A program made the translations under genes and the position numbers. From Gammaproteobacteria bacterium (GTDB taxonomy: Bacteria > Pseudomonadota > Gammaproteobacteria > Arenicellales > Poriferihabitantaceae): a stretch of 64,000 bases of DNA. Shown piece after piece: positions 40,156 through 52,300 of this stretch. The notes beneath the pieces were generated by a model that saw only the letters and a list, made by a program, of their open reading frames with translations, made no database searches and was not told the DNA's origin. The stretch lies in assembly GCA_024644945.1 (NCBI GenBank), contig JAHEGU010000008.1, positions 4,868-68,867 on the forward strand. The letters run 5' to 3'. Position 1 is the first letter of the stretch. Each line of letters begins with the position of its first letter.

Positions 40156-41346
40156 ATGTCGAAAGAAAAATTTGAGAGAACGAAGCCGCACGTAAACGTT
40201 GGCACGATAGGTCACGTAGACCATGGTAAGACGACTTTAACGGCGGCGATGACCAAGGTGCTGTCGACGAAGTATGGTGGATCGGCGAAAGATTTTGCTG
40301 ACATTGACAATGCGCCTGAAGAGCGAGAGCGCGGGATCACGATTGCGACGGCGCACGTAGAGTATGAGACGGAAGGTCGTCATTACGCGCACGTAGACTG
40401 CCCGGGCCACGCGGACTATGTGAAGAACATGATCACCGGAGCGGCGCAGATGGATGGTGCGATCCTGGTATGTTCAGCGGCGGACGGTCCGATGCCGCAG
40501 ACCCGTGAGCACATACTGCTGGCGCGTCAGGTTGGAGTGCCGTACATCGTGGTGTTTATGAACAAGGCGGACATGGTCGACGACGAAGAGCTGTTGGAAC
40601 TGGTAGAGATGGAAATACGGGAGCTTCTGGACAGTTATGAATTTCCGGGTGACGACACGCCGATTATTATTGGCTCAGCGCTGAAGGCACTGGAAGGCGA
40701 CACGTCTGATATCGGGGAGGGGTCGATTATGAAGCTGGCTGAGGCGTTAGATAGTTACATTCCGGAGCCTGAGCGTGCGGTAGATGGAGATTTTCTGATG
40801 CCGGTAGAGGATGTGTTCTCGATATCTGGACGCGGTACGGTGGTCACGGGACGTATAGAGCGAGGCGTGATCAAGGTAGGCGAGGAGATCGAGATTGTAG
40901 GGGTCAATGATACGACTAAGACCACGTGCACGGGGGTAGAGATGTTCCGCAAGCTTCTGGACGAAGGACAGGCGGGAGATAACGTAGGTATTCTGCTTCG
41001 AGGCACCAAGCGAGAGGAAGTGGAGCGCGGTCAGGTACTGGCGAAGCCGGGATCGATCACGCCGCACACTAAGTTTGAGGCAGAGGTATATATTTTGTCG
41101 AAGGAAGAGGGTGGACGCCACACGCCATTTTTCAATGGATATCGCCCACAGTTTTACTTCCGCACGACGGATGTGACGGGAGCCTGTGAGCTGCCTGGAG
41201 ATATTGAGATGGTGATGCCTGGAGACAATGTGAAGATGACGGCGGAGTTGATTGCGCCGATAGCGATGGAAGAAGGTCTACGCTTTGCGATACGCGAGGG
41301 CGGTCGCACTGTGGGTGCGGGCGTGGTGGCTAAGATTATCGCTTAA
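40156..41346 (+). CDS. tufB: elongation factor Tu (copy 1)
   Basis: 396 aa. [17 protein letters not shown] and NKAD motifs. Follows the four-tRNA cluster. Confidence 0.97.
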   Translation: MSKEKFERTKPHVNVGTIGHVDHGKTTLTAAMTKVLSTKYGGSAKDFADIDNAPEERERGITIATAHVEYETEGRHYAHVDCPGHADYVKNMITGAAQMDGAILVCSAADGPMPQTREHILLARQVGVPYIVVFMNKADMVDDEELLELVEMEIRELLDSYEFPGDDTPIIIGSALKALEGDTSDIGEGSIMKLAEALDSYIPEPERAVDGDFLMPVEDVFSISGRGTVVTGRIERGVIKVGEEIEIVGVNDTTKTTCTGVEMFRKLLDEGQAGDNVGILLRGTKREEVERGQVLAKPGSITPHTKFEAEVYILSKEEGGRHTPFFNGYRPQFYFRTTDVTGACELPGDIEMVMPGDNVKMTAELIAPIAMEEGLRFAIREGGRTVGAGVVAKIIA

Positions 41347-41347
41347 C
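40156..41347 (+). repeat. 1.19-kb direct repeat (tuf copy 1), apparently base-identical to 57149-58340
   Basis: The lines I compared by eye are identical. The 396-aa product and both antisense track ORFs (124 aa and 84 aa) are identical in the two copies. Identity starts at the ATG and ends one base after the TAA. Confidence 0.85.
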
Positions 41348-41428
41348 AATCGATAGTTCCGGATAGTGGGAACTGCGCGCGGTTACCTTGGATTCTCCCC
41401 CCGGTGACAGCCTAAGGTTAAAGTTCGA

Positions 41429-41504
41429 AGGCCAGTAGCTCAATTGGCAGAGCGGCGGTCTCCAAAACCGCAGGTTGGGGGTTCGATTCCCTCCTGGCCT
41501 GCCA
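41429..41504 (+). tRNA. trpT: tRNA-Trp(CCA)
   Basis: AGGCCAG/CTGGCCT acceptor stem, anticodon arm GCGGT-CTCCAAA-ACCGC, T loop TTCGATT, CCA encoded. Confidence 0.95.
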
Positions 41505-41530
41505 TTCGAACCCGGAATTCGATAAATCGT

Positions 41531-41562
41531 TGAGTAGCTGATTTGAATAAACCAGCTACTCA
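41531..41562 (+). other. 10-bp hairpin after tRNA-Trp (possible processing or termination signal)
   Basis: TGAGTAGCTG - 12-nt loop - CAGCTACTCA. There is no U-run after it, so the terminator function is unproven. Confidence 0.3.
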
Positions 41563-41591
41563 CCACTGACCATAGAAATAGAGAAGGCAAA

Positions 41592-41942
41592 TTGAAAGAT
41601 AAGCTGACGCTGACATTCGCTGCGCTGGTAGTCGTGGCATCGATAGTGCTCTATTACCTGCTGGAGGACCAGATCCAGGTCGTGCGTGTGGGTGTGGTAT
41701 TGGCTGGGGTCGGAATGGCGTTATTTGTTGCTTATATGAGCGATACCGGCAAAGCAGCGTGGACTTTTGCAAAAGGTGCAAATATTGAACGTCAGAAAGT
41801 AGTGTGGCCGAACCGCCGCGAAGCGGCCATGGTGACATTGATGGTGATTATCCTGGTTATAGTGATCGGCTTGTTCATCGCTTTGGTGGATAAGATCCTG
41901 TTTGAAACCATTTACGACTTTATTCTTGGAGTAAGCGAGTAA
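41592..41942 (+). CDS. secE: preprotein translocase subunit SecE
   Basis: 116 aa with three hydrophobic segments and the conserved KVVWPNRRE motif before the last TM. A TTG start is assumed. Conserved position before nusG. Confidence 0.8.
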   Translation: MKDKLTLTFAALVVVASIVLYYLLEDQIQVVRVGVVLAGVGMALFVAYMSDTGKAAWTFAKGANIERQKVVWPNRREAAMVTLMVIILVIVIGLFIALVDKILFETIYDFILGVSE

Positions 41943-41947
41943 AAATT

Positions 41948-42520
41948 ATGTCTGAGCAAGAACCGTCATTGCAAACCCAGGACACCGTTAAAAAACGGTG
42001 GTACGTGCTGCAGGCATTTTCTGGATATGAGAAAAAGGTTAAGCAGTCACTGCAGGAGCACATTGATCGTGCCGGTATGCAGGATTTATTCGGCGATATC
42101 TTGGTCCCTACTGAAGAGGTGGTTGAGATGAAGGCTGGCCAGAAGAGGACCAGTGAACGAAAATTTTTCCCCGGATATGTCCTGGTCAATATGGCGATGA
42201 CGGATGAGACTTGGCACCTGGTTAAGGCAGTGCCCCGGGTCGCCGGATTCATCGGTGGTACTGAAAACCGGCCGATGCCGATTTCAGATCGAGAGGCTAA
42301 AGAGATTATCCAGCAGGTTTCAGATAGCGCCGATGCGCCTAAGATGAAATTCACCTTTGCGCCTGGAGAGCTTGTAAGAATTATTGATGGGCCGTTTGCA
42401 GATTTTAACGGGACGGTCGAAGACGCCAACTTTGAAAAATCTAAATTGCGCGTCTCAGTCACAATTTTTGGACGCTCAACTCCGGTTGAGCTCGATTTTA
42501 CTCAGGTAGAGAAGGGCTAA
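41948..42520 (+). CDS. nusG: transcription termination/antitermination factor NusG
   Basis: 190 aa. NGN domain ([14 protein letters not shown]) and KOW domain ([18 protein letters not shown]). Confidence 0.95.
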   Translation: MSEQEPSLQTQDTVKKRWYVLQAFSGYEKKVKQSLQEHIDRAGMQDLFGDILVPTEEVVEMKAGQKRTSERKFFPGYVLVNMAMTDETWHLVKAVPRVAGFIGGTENRPMPISDREAKEIIQQVSDSADAPKMKFTFAPGELVRIIDGPFADFNGTVEDANFEKSKLRVSVTIFGRSTPVELDFTQVEKG

Positions 42521-42591
42521 TTCTCTATCTGTTGAATTAACTGGGGAGCTTCTGCCCGGAGCGTTTGCACCCATATATATGAGGCATAAAG

Positions 42592-43023
42592 ATGGCCAAG
42601 AAAATTGATGCTTACATCAAACTGCAGGTTCCTGCGGGGGATGCCAAGCCTAGTCCACCGGTTGGCCCGGCTCTGGGGCAGCATGGTGTCAATATTATGG
42701 AATTCTGCAAGGCGTTCAACGCCGAGACTCAGGATATGGAGAAGGGGTTACCAGTGCCAGTAGTGATTACGGTATATGCTGACAAAAGCTTTACTTATGT
42801 AAAGAAGACGCCACCAGCCGCGATCCTGATCAAGAAAGCTGCGGGAATCGGTAAAGGCAGCGGTGTGCCAAATCGCGATAAGGTTGGCAAATTGAACCGA
42901 AGTCAGCTGGAAGAAATTGCCAAGGCCAAGGAACCGGATCTGAGTGCATACGATATGGACGCGGCGGTTAAAATTATTGCCGGTACTGCTCGCAGTATGG
43001 GTGTTGAAACGGAGGGTGCGTAA
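42592..43023 (+). CDS. rplK: 50S ribosomal protein L11
   Basis: 143 aa. [34 protein letters not shown]. Confidence 0.97.
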   Translation: MAKKIDAYIKLQVPAGDAKPSPPVGPALGQHGVNIMEFCKAFNAETQDMEKGLPVPVVITVYADKSFTYVKKTPPAAILIKKAAGIGKGSGVPNRDKVGKLNRSQLEEIAKAKEPDLSAYDMDAAVKIIAGTARSMGVETEGA

Positions 43024-43024
43024 G

Positions 43025-43723
43025 ATGGCAGGAAAAGGAAAACGAATTCGCGCTGCGAACGAAAAAGTTGAACGAGAGAAATTGTATCCGTTGAACGAAG
43101 CGCTGTCTCTGGTTAAAGAGCTCACTTCAGTTAAATTCGATGAGACCGTGGATGCCGCAATTAATCTAGGTGTCAATGCGCGAAAGTCTGACCAGAATGT
43201 GCGCGGTGCGACAGTATTGCCAAAGGGTACTGGTAAATCGGTTCGCGTGGCGGTATTCGCTGAAGGTGAAGATGCCGAGAAAGCTAAGGCAGCCGGTGCT
43301 GATATCGTTGGATTGCAGGATCTGGCAGATAGTGTCAAGGCAGGCAATATTGATTTCGAATTGTGTATTGCGACGCCTGCGACTATGCGTGTGGTCGGTC
43401 AGCTCGGACAAATCCTGGGTCCGAGAGGCATCATGCCGAACCCGAAGGTCGGGACAGTAACCACTGATGTGGCGAAAGCTGTCTCCGATGCCAAGTCCGG
43501 TCAGATCCAGTTTCGCATCGACAAGTCTGGAATTATTCATTGCCCGATCGGTAAAGCTTCATTCTCGGCCGATGACCTTGAGGAGAACCTCAATGCCGTG
43601 ATCAGTGCATTGATTAAATCCAAGCCCGCGGCCTCAAAAGGTCAATATATTCGACGTGTGGCGCTGTCAAGCACCATGGGGCCGGGTATTCGGGTAGAAC
43701 GATCCAGTATCTCGGTGATTTGA
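43025..43723 (+). CDS. rplA: 50S ribosomal protein L1
   Basis: 232 aa from [15 protein letters not shown]. The track ORF starting at 42944 overlaps rplK and is trimmed. Confidence 0.95.
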   Translation: MAGKGKRIRAANEKVEREKLYPLNEALSLVKELTSVKFDETVDAAINLGVNARKSDQNVRGATVLPKGTGKSVRVAVFAEGEDAEKAKAAGADIVGLQDLADSVKAGNIDFELCIATPATMRVVGQLGQILGPRGIMPNPKVGTVTTDVAKAVSDAKSGQIQFRIDKSGIIHCPIGKASFSADDLEENLNAVISALIKSKPAASKGQYIRRVALSSTMGPGIRVERSSISVI

Positions 43724-43959
43724 TAGAGATCATGGGTCAGCAGCAGTCAGATGCCCTGACTGCAGAAAAGTTTGGGGTCCGAAGGGGCAGTTGCTCGCAG
43801 CTGATCCGTCGGACGGTCAAAGACCGCTGGTGCGCTTTGCCGCGCTTAATGCGACACCAAATCGGATTTGTTCGGTTCGGTAATTAGCCAGCGTAGACGG
43901 TGGCCCGAAGTCAGGAATCATCCTGGTGCAGGACACCATTATTAATGGGAGTTGCTTAA
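43724..43959 (+). promoter_or_regulatory. rplJ leader (probable L10-L12 autoregulatory region)
   Basis: 236-nt untranslated spacer before rplJ with extensive GC-rich pairing potential. By analogy with the E. coli rplJL leader; not modelled here. Confidence 0.35.
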
Positions 43960-44484
43960 ATGAGCTTAAGTTTCGAACAGAAAAAGGCGGTAGTAAGCGA
44001 AGTGACTGAGGCAATTGCTTCAGCACAAGCCGGTGTGCTTGCCGAGTATCGCGGAATGACAGTTTCTCAACTAACAGACTTGCGTAAGGAAGCGCGCAAC
44101 GCAGGCGTGTGGATCAGGGTTGTGAAGAACAATCTTGCAAAGCGCGTTATCGATGGCTCCGACTTCGAGTGTTTAACTGAACACTTTGTCGGCCCGGTCA
44201 TCTTCTCAGCCTCAGAAGACCCAGTCGCTGTGGCCAAGGTGATGTCCAAGTTTGCTGAAGACAATGAAAATCTGAAGATTACCGCAGGAGCCATGAACGG
44301 TTCTCTGATGGATCAGAAGACGATCGAGAGTCTTTCCAAACTTCCGGGCCGCGATGAGCTGCTGGCCAAGCTGATGGGCACAATGAACGCCCCTATACAA
44401 AAGTTTGTGTCGACGCTTAATGAGGTTCCAGGAAAATTTGTGCGTACTCTCTCTGCAGTTGCTGAGAGTAAGGAAGCGGCTTAA
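43960..44484 (+). CDS. rplJ: 50S ribosomal protein L10
   Basis: 174 aa. Recognisable L10 sequence and operon position. Confidence 0.95.
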   Translation: MSLSFEQKKAVVSEVTEAIASAQAGVLAEYRGMTVSQLTDLRKEARNAGVWIRVVKNNLAKRVIDGSDFECLTEHFVGPVIFSASEDPVAVAKVMSKFAEDNENLKITAGAMNGSLMDQKTIESLSKLPGRDELLAKLMGTMNAPIQKFVSTLNEVPGKFVRTLSAVAESKEAA

Positions 44485-44559
44485 TGCCATATCTGTTGGT
44501 TGATTGGCTGAAGTTTCAATAATTTTTATTTTAGTGTTCTAGTAATTAGGAGTATATCC

Positions 44560-44949
44560 ATGGCTTTAAACAAAGAAGAAATTCTCGACGCGATTGCCGA
44601 GATGTCTGTTCTTGATCTGTCAGAAATGATCAAGGACATGGAAGAGAAATTCGGCGTATCTGCTTCCGCGGCCGTAGCAGTAGCAGCGGGACCTGCTGCC
44701 GCTGGCGGTGATGCGGGCGCGGCTGCTGCTGAAGAAAAAGATGAGTTCGACGTTATTCTGACCGCGTTTGGTGATAAGAAAGTCGGCGTCATCAAGGCAG
44801 TGCGCGCCATCACTGGTCTCGGACTCAAAGAGGCGAAAGACCTGGTGGAAGGTGTGCCATCACCGGTCAAGGAAGCTGCATCTAAAGATGAAGCGGAAGA
44901 ACTTAAGAAGCAGCTTGAAGAAGCTGGCGGTTCGGCCGAACTCAAGTAG
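44560..44949 (+). CDS. rplL: 50S ribosomal protein L7/L12
   Basis: 129 aa. Ala-rich hinge and the C-terminal domain [24 protein letters not shown]. Confidence 0.97.
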   Translation: MALNKEEILDAIAEMSVLDLSEMIKDMEEKFGVSASAAVAVAAGPAAAGGDAGAAAAEEKDEFDVILTAFGDKKVGVIKAVRAITGLGLKEAKDLVEGVPSPVKEAASKDEAEELKKQLEEAGGSAELK

Positions 44950-44975
44950 TTTTTGTTGAGTCCTTCACAAATGGT

Positions 44976-45003
44976 GCAGGGTGACGGGTTTCCGTCGCTC
45001 TGC
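44976..45003 (+). terminator. rplL-rpoB intercistronic attenuator hairpin
   Basis: 12-bp stem GCAGGGTGACGG / CCGTCGCTCTGC (two G.U pairs) with a GTTT loop, followed by ATCTTTGCGTT. Same position as the partial terminator in E. coli. Confidence 0.45.
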
Positions 45004-45221
45004 ATCTTTGCGTTCGGAGGTTTTGAGACAAGTGGATCTCATGAGGCTTATTTGATGTCACGACAGGGCTTCAAATTGGGCACAGCCTTATTTCAAACAG
45101 GCTTTAGTCAACATTAACCAACAATGACGATTAAAGTTGATTTGAAATATGGTTTATTTTTTTACAGCAGTTTATCGCTGGTAATTTTTGACACTAGGTT
45201 GATCTGACAAGAGGACAACAG

Positions 45222-48200
45222 ATGGGCTATTCCTTTACCGAGAAAAAACGTATTCGTAAGAACTTCAGTAAGCGTTCTGACGATTTCGAGGTGCCGTACC
45301 TTTTGACGACCCAGAAAGAGTCGTACTACAGATATCTGCAGGCTGATATTGCGCCGCAACAACGCATCGATCAGGGTATCCAGGCTGCGTTTAAATCTGT
45401 ATTTCCTATCGAGAGTTACAATGGCAGCGTAATTTTAGATTTCGTCAGTTACCGCCTCGAGAAGCCTCGTTTCGATGTTAATGAATGCATGCAGCGCGGT
45501 TTGGTGTTTTCATGTCCTCTGCGGGTGGTCCTGCGACTGGTTATTTTTAATAAAAGTGGTAGCGGCAAAAAACCAAAGGATGTCATCGAGCAGGAGGTGT
45601 TCCTGGGCGATATGCCTTTGATGACCGATAACGGCACATTTGTAATTAATGGCACGGAACGGGTTATCGTTTCTCAGCTGCATCGTTCTCCCGGAGTGAT
45701 TTTCGATCACGATGGGGGTAAGACGCATGCCTCGAGCAAGCTGTTATTTTCGGCCCGTGTCATCCCGTATCGAGGCTCATGGTTAGACATGGAATTCGAT
45801 CCGAAGGATCTTCTCTATATTCGTATTGATCGTCGGCGCAAGCTTCCAGCAACCATTATTCTGCGTGCTCTTGGCTACGACACCGAGGAGATTCTCGCGA
45901 TGTTTTATGAGAATGATGTCATCTCCCTCGGTGAAGAAAGCTGCATGATTGAACTTGTGCCGGAACGTCTGCGTGGCCAGCAACTGGAGTTCGACCTGAA
46001 AGGGCCCAAAGGCAAGATTCTGGTAGAGGCCGAGAAGAGAATCACTGCACGACACACCCGAGAACTTGAAAAGGCGGGCATGAACGAGATCGAAGTGCCT
46101 GATGTATATATCGTCGGGCGAACTTTGTCGAAAAATATCATTGACCAGGAAACTGGCGAGCTGTTCGCCGAGTCCAATCAGGAAATCACCGCAGAATTAC
46201 TGGAGGCTTTGCGCGAGGCTGGTGTGGTGCAGATTGAGACCATTTATACCAACGACATCGATTGCGGGCCGTTCATATCTGATACATTGCGAATCGATGC
46301 TACCCGCAGCGAAGAAGAGGCTCAGATAGAAATCTATCGCATGATGCGTCCAGGTGAGCCGCCAACCAAGGAAGCCTCGGCTGCGCTTTTTACCAATCTG
46401 TTCTTCAATCATGAACGCTACGATTTGTCTGCGGTGGGTCGTATGAAGTTCAATCGACGCCTTGGGCGTGAGAGCGATGAAGGTCCAGGTACTCTGAGTA
46501 AGCAGGATGTCATCGACGTAATGAAGAAGATTGTTTCGCTGAAGAATGGCAAAGGCGAAATTGACGATATAGATAACCTTGGTAATCGTCGGGTCCGATC
46601 AGTTGGTGAACTGGTGGAAAACCAGTTTCGTATTGGTCTGGTGCGGGTTGAGCGCGCTGTTAAAGAACGACTCAACCTGGTAGAGAGTGAGAATCTGACG
46701 CCACAAGATCTTATTAATGCCAAGCCTGTAGCGGCAGTGGTTCGAGAGTTTTTTGGTTCCAGCCAATTGTCTCAGTTCATGGACCAAACCAATCCGCTGT
46801 CGGAAGTCACTCACAAGCGACGTGTGTCAGCACTTGGCCCAGGTGGTTTGACTCGAGAACGAGCTGGCTTCGAAGTGCGCGACGTGCATCCGACCCACTA
46901 CGGCAGGGTTTGCCCGATCGAGACACCTGAAGGGCCGAACATCGGTCTCATCAACTCTCTCGCAGTGTTTGCTCGGACCAACGAATACGGCTTTCTCGAA
47001 ACACCATATCGTAAAGTTAAGGATGGAAAGATTACTGACGACGTGGAATTCCTGTCTGCGATTGAAGAACATAAGTATGTGATCGCACAGGCAAACTCAG
47101 TACTGGACGCCACTGGAAAATTCACTAATGAGCTGGTTTCCTGTCGGCACAAGAATGAATTCTCGCTGTCGACGCCTGATCAGATTGACTATATTGACGT
47201 TGGACCGCAACAGATTGTGTCGGTCGCTGCGTCGCTGGTGCCTTTCCTCGAGCATGATGATGCTAACCGCGCATTGATGGGTTCAAACATGCAGCGACAG
47301 GCAGTGCCGGTGTTGCGCAGTGAAAAACCTCTGGTCGGTACCGGAATGGAACGCACGGTTGCAGTGGACTCGGGTGTTACTGTGGTGGCACGGCGCGGTG
47401 GCATGGTCGACTTTGTTGATGCTTCCAGAATTGTGGTTCGAGTCAATGATAATGAAGGTATTGAAGGTGAGCCAGGCGTCGATATATATAATCTGACCAA
47501 ATACCAACGTTCTAACCAGAATACCACCATCAATCAGCGTCCGCTGGTGCAGTATAACGACGTGGTACAACGTGGAGATGTGTTGGCGGACGGACCTTCC
47601 ACCGATATGGGTGAGCTGGCGCTTGGGCGAAATGTGTTAATGGCGTTTATGCCGTGGAATGGTTATAACTTTGAGGATTCGATCCTGATCTCCGAGCGAT
47701 TGGTGAAGGACGAGGTGTATACCTCGATTCATATCCAGGAGCTTTCCTGCGTGGCTCGCGATACCAAACTTGGTTCAGAGGAAATCAGCCGAGATATTCC
47801 GAATGTTGGAGAAAGCGCGCTTTCCAAGCTGGACGAATCCGGCATTGTGTATATCGGTGCTGAAACTCAGCCTGGTGATGTGCTGGTGGGTAAGATAACA
47901 CCGAAAGGTGAAACTCAACTGACTCCAGAGGAGAAGCTGCTGCGAGCAATTTTCGGTGAGAAGGCCTCCGACGTAAAAGACACCTCACTGCGCATGCCCT
48001 CCGGTATGAAGGGTACTGTTATTGACGTACAGGTATTTACACGTGAGGGTCTCAAGAAGGATGCCCGCGCCACGGCTAATGATGATTTCGAACTTGCTAT
48101 GGTGCGTAAAAATCTGGATGACCAGATGCGTATTGTCGAGGATGACTCGTTTGCACGAATTGAGAAGTTGCTGCGCAATCATGTCGCTGAGGGTGGTCCT

Positions 48201-49301
48201 AACAGCCTTAAGGCTGGCGATAAAGTAACGTCGGATTATCTGGCTGAATTGCCACGTAAACAGTGGTTTGAAATCCGCCTGCGCAATGAGGAGGTGAATG
48301 AGCAAATCGAGCGCATTCGCGACCAGCTCGAACTTCAACGCAGGGATTTTGATAATCGTTTCGAGGAGAAACGTGAAAAAATCCAGATGGGTGACGATTT
48401 AGCCCCCGGCGTACTTAAGATCGTAAAGGTTTTTGTCGCAGTGAAGCGCAGATTGCAGCCCGGTGACAAAATGGCGGGTAGACACGGAAACAAGGGTGTG
48501 ATCTCGAAGATCGTGCCTGTAGAAGATATGCCTTATATGGAAGATGGAACCTCCGTTGATATCTGTCTTAATCCGCTTGGCGTGCCTTCACGTATGAATG
48601 TTGGTCAGGTGCTTGAAACTCATCTTGGATGGGCCGCTAAGAACCTAGGACAGCAAATTGATGACATGCTGCGCAAGGCAAAGAAACCTGATCAATTGCG
48701 TAAATATCTGGGCAAGGTTTATAACACCAGTGGCAAGAAAGAGGATCTTGATTCGTTCAGCGATGACGAGGTACTCGAGCTGGCCAGTAATTTGCGCCAG
48801 GGTGTACCTATGGCGACTCCAGTGTTTGATGGTGCTCACGAGTCAGAGATCAAAGGGATGCTCAAGCTTGCGGGTCTGCCGGAAAGTGGTCAGACCACGC
48901 TGTTTGATGGGCGAACCGGAGAGGCTTTTGACCGGCCGGTGACTTGTGGCTACATGTACATTCTAAAACTCAACCACCTGGTGGATGATAAGATGCACGC
49001 TCGATCTACCGGCCCTTACAGCCTGATCACCCAGCAGCCTCTCGGCGGAAAGGCCCAGTTTGGTGGGCAACGATTTGGTGAGATGGAAGTCTGGGCGCTG
49101 GAAGCCTACGGCGCCGCGTATACCCTTCAGGAAATGCTGACAGTGAAGTCGGACGACGTTGTTGGGCGCTCCAAGATCTACGAGAACATTGTCAGGGGGG
49201 ATCACGGCATGGATGCAGGTATGCCCGAATCCTTCAACGTGCTGGTCAAGGAAATCCGAGCACTTGGGCTCAATATTGAGCTCCAGCAGGATAAAAGCTA
49301 A
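45222..49301 (+). CDS. rpoB: DNA-directed RNA polymerase subunit beta
   Basis: 1359 aa, collinear with proteobacterial RpoB. Confidence 0.98.
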   Translation: MGYSFTEKKRIRKNFSKRSDDFEVPYLLTTQKESYYRYLQADIAPQQRIDQGIQAAFKSVFPIESYNGSVILDFVSYRLEKPRFDVNECMQRGLVFSCPLRVVLRLVIFNKSGSGKKPKDVIEQEVFLGDMPLMTDNGTFVINGTERVIVSQLHRSPGVIFDHDGGKTHASSKLLFSARVIPYRGSWLDMEFDPKDLLYIRIDRRRKLPATIILRALGYDTEEILAMFYENDVISLGEESCMIELVPERLRGQQLEFDLKGPKGKILVEAEKRITARHTRELEKAGMNEIEVPDVYIVGRTLSKNIIDQETGELFAESNQEITAELLEALREAGVVQIETIYTNDIDCGPFISDTLRIDATRSEEEAQIEIYRMMRPGEPPTKEASAALFTNLFFNHERYDLSAVGRMKFNRRLGRESDEGPGTLSKQDVIDVMKKIVSLKNGKGEIDDIDNLGNRRVRSVGELVENQFRIGLVRVERAVKERLNLVESENLTPQDLINAKPVAAVVREFFGSSQLSQFMDQTNPLSEVTHKRRVSALGPGGLTRERAGFEVRDVHPTHYGRVCPIETPEGPNIGLINSLAVFARTNEYGFLETPYRKVKDGKITDDVEFLSAIEEHKYVIAQANSVLDATGKFTNELVSCRHKNEFSLSTPDQIDYIDVGPQQIVSVAASLVPFLEHDDANRALMGSNMQRQAVPVLRSEKPLVGTGMERTVAVDSGVTVVARRGGMVDFVDASRIVVRVNDNEGIEGEPGVDIYNLTKYQRSNQNTTINQRPLVQYNDVVQRGDVLADGPSTDMGELALGRNVLMAFMPWNGYNFEDSILISERLVKDEVYTSIHIQELSCVARDTKLGSEEISRDIPNVGESALSKLDESGIVYIGAETQPGDVLVGKITPKGETQLTPEEKLLRAIFGEKASDVKDTSLRMPSGMKGTVIDVQVFTREGLKKDARATANDDFELAMVRKNLDDQMRIVEDDSFARIEKLLRNHVAEGGPNSLKAGDKVTSDYLAELPRKQWFEIRLRNEEVNEQIERIRDQLELQRRDFDNRFEEKREKIQMGDDLAPGVLKIVKVFVAVKRRLQPGDKMAGRHGNKGVISKIVPVEDMPYMEDGTSVDICLNPLGVPSRMNVGQVLETHLGWAAKNLGQQIDDMLRKAKKPDQLRKYLGKVYNTSGKKEDLDSFSDDEVLELASNLRQGVPMATPVFDGAHESEIKGMLKLAGLPESGQTTLFDGRTGEAFDRPVTCGYMYILKLNHLVDDKMHARSTGPYSLITQQPLGGKAQFGGQRFGEMEVWALEAYGAAYTLQEMLTVKSDDVVGRSKIYENIVRGDHGMDAGMPESFNVLVKEIRALGLNIELQQDKS

Positions 49302-49331
49302 TCATCAACCGACTACTTACGAGGCAGAAAA

Positions 49332-52300
49332 ATGAGAGACATTTTTAACCTGTTTAAACAAAACGATACGGTTGAGGATTTTGACGCTATCCGTGTCAGC
49401 ATAGCTTCACCGGAGAAAATTCGGTCCTGGTCTTATGGTGAAGTAAAGAAGCCGGAGACTATTAACTATCGTACCTTCCGCCCTGAGCGCGACGGCCTGT
49501 TCTGCGCCAAACTTTTTGGTCCGGTCAGCGACTATGAGTGTTTGTGCGGAAAATACAAACGTTTGAAGCATCGCGGCGTCATATGTGAAAAATGTGGCGT
49601 AGAGGTTACGCTATCCAAGGTGCGCCGGGAGCGCATGGGCCATATCGAACTGGCGGCCCCGTGTGCGCATATCTGGTTCCTTAAGTCGTTACCGTCCCGA
49701 CTCGGTCTATTGCTTGATATGACCGTGCGCGAGATGGAGCGTGTTCTCTATTTCGAGGCTTATGTCATTATCGATCCAGGTGCGACTGATTTTGAGCGTG
49801 GTGCACTGCTGACGGAAGAAACCTATCTCGATGCGATTGAAAAGTACGGCGATGCATTCGAAGCCCGCATGGGTGCGGATGCAATTCGGTCATTATTGCG
49901 AGAGATCGATCTAGAAGTTGAGGAAGGCTTGCTGCGCGAAGAACTTGCGGCTACTAAATCCGAAACCAAGATCAAGAAGTTCACCAGCCGCCTAAAAGTT
50001 ATCGAGGCTTTCCTTAAGTCAGGAAACAAACCGGATTGGATGATCATGGATGTGTTGCCTGTGCTTCCGCCTGACCTTCGACCGCTGGTGCCATTGGAAG
50101 GTGGGCGCTTTGCAACCTCTGACTTGAATGACCTTTATCGCCGGGTAATCAACCGCAATAATCGTCTTAAGCGATTACTGGATTTGAATGCACCGGATCT
50201 TATCGTACGCAACGAAAAGCGTATGCTGCAGGAGGCAGTCGATGCGTTGTTAGACAACGGACGACGCGGTAAAGCGATAACCGGTGCCAATAAGCGTCAG
50301 CTAAAGTCCATTTCGGACATGATCAAGGGTAAACAGGGTCGGTTCCGACAAAACTTGCTCGGTAAGCGGGTCGATTACTCAGGACGCTCAGTAATCGTTG
50401 TAGGGCCAACTCTTAAGCTGCATCAATGCGGCTTGCCGAAGAAAATGGCCCTCGAACTGTTCAAGCCGTTTATATTCAGCAAGCTCGAACTGCGCGGTCT
50501 CGCCACTACTATCAAGCAAGCTAAGAAAATGGTGGAGATGGAAAGTCCCGAGGTTTGGGATATTCTCGAAGAAGTGATTCGAGAACACCCAGTGATGTTG
50601 AATCGGGCGCCGACACTGCACCGGCTCGGTATCCAGGCGTTTGAGCCTGTGCTCATTGAAGGCAAGGCAATTCAGCTGCATCCGTTAGTATGTACGCCAT
50701 ATAACGCGGACTTTGATGGCGACCAGATGGCTGTTCACGTGCCGCTCTCTATTGAGGCACAACTGGAAGCCCGGTCCTTGATGATGTCTACTAACAACAT
50801 CCTTTCTCCGGCAAACGGTGAACCGATTATTGTGCCTTCTCAGGATATTATTCTGGGTCTTTACTACATGACTCGGGAAAGTGCCGATGCAAAGGGTACG
50901 GGGGGCTATTTCTCAGATTTAAACGAGTTGCGCCGCGCTAATGATTCCGGTCAGGCGCACCTGCATGCGCGTATCAAGGTTCGCGTACCGAGCGTTGATG
51001 AGAGCGGTGAGCCTACCGGTGAGATGCACATCATCGAAACCACCGTGGGTAGAGCGCTGCTATCTGAAATTCTGCCCAAAGGTCTGGCGTTTGATCTGAT
51101 TGACCGGCCGATGAAGAAGAAAACCATTTCTGAGCTGATCAATGTTTGTTATCGCAATGCCGGACTCAAGGAGTCGGTTATCTTTGCCGACCAGCTCATG
51201 TACACCGGCTTTCGAATGGCGGCCCTGGCGGGTATTTCCATTGGTGTCGATGACATGGTGATTCCGGCAAGCAAAGATGCCATGCTGGGTGTGGCGCAGA
51301 AAGAAGTAGTCGAGATCCAGAGCCAGTATACCAATGGACTGCTGACGGACGGTGAGCGGTACAACAAGGTAATCGATATCTGGACCCGCACCAGTGAGCA
51401 GGTTGCTGATGCCATGATGAGCGAACTCGGTGTGGATGAGGTAAGCAATAAAGAAGGCAAAACTGTCGAGCAGGAGTCCTTCAACTCGATTTACATGATG
51501 GCTGACTCGGGGGCGAGAGGCTCTCATGCCCAGATCCGTCAGCTGGCCGGTATGCGGGGTCTGATGGCTAAACCGGATGGATCCATTATCGAAACGCCAA
51601 TCACCGCAAACTTTCGTGAAGGGCTTAATGTGTTGCAGTACTTCATTTCCACTCACGGTGCCCGTAAGGGCTTGGCCGACACCGCGCTCAAGACGGCGAA
51701 CTCAGGTTATCTGACGCGTCGATTGGTGGACGTCTGTCAGGATCTGGTGGTGACCGAGGAAGATTGCGGTACCTCCAATGGTCTGCGGCGAGAAGCCCAG
51801 GTGCAGGGTGGTGAGGTGGTTGTTCCTCTGAGCGATCGGATACTCGGTCGTTACACTACCGAGGATATCGTCGATCCTGCTAGCGGTGACGTAATTGTAT
51901 CGACAGACCAGATGCTGGATGAATCCCTGGTCAAACTGGTTGATCAGGCAAACTTGCATGAGATTACGGTTCGTTCGGCGGTGACATGTGAAACTCGATA
52001 TGGCGTTTGTGCCAAATGTTACGGTCGAGACCTGGGTCGCGGGCACAGGATCAATCTTGGAGAAGCGATTGGTGTTATCGCAGCCCAATCCATTGGTGAG
52101 CCCGGTACCCAGCTGACGATGCGGACCTTCCACATTGGCGGGGCGGCGTCAGGTTCCGCGGTAACCAGCCAAATCGAGCTCAAGAACGAGGGCAAGATAT
52201 CTCTGCGTGGGGTCAAGCTGGTAGAAAACAGTGATGGCAATAACGTTGTAGTGACTCGATCCAGTGAGCTGGTGGTTCAGGATGAGCATGGTCGAGATCG

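Noticed and set aside
40747-41121. Antisense ORFs inside tuf (124 aa and 84 aa), duplicated at 57740..58114 and 57748..58002.
   Set aside because: Their duplication is simply a by-product of the identical tuf copies. They lie antisense to a highly conserved gene and have no independent coding signal.
41920-43347. Long antisense ORFs opposite nusG (180 aa) and rplK/rplA (199 aa). Similar cases lie opposite rpsJ/rplC (58463..59155, 230 aa) and opposite the molybdopterin oxidoreductase (30455..31018, 187 aa).
   Set aside because: They lie antisense to strongly supported conserved genes, give low-complexity translations, and have no start context.
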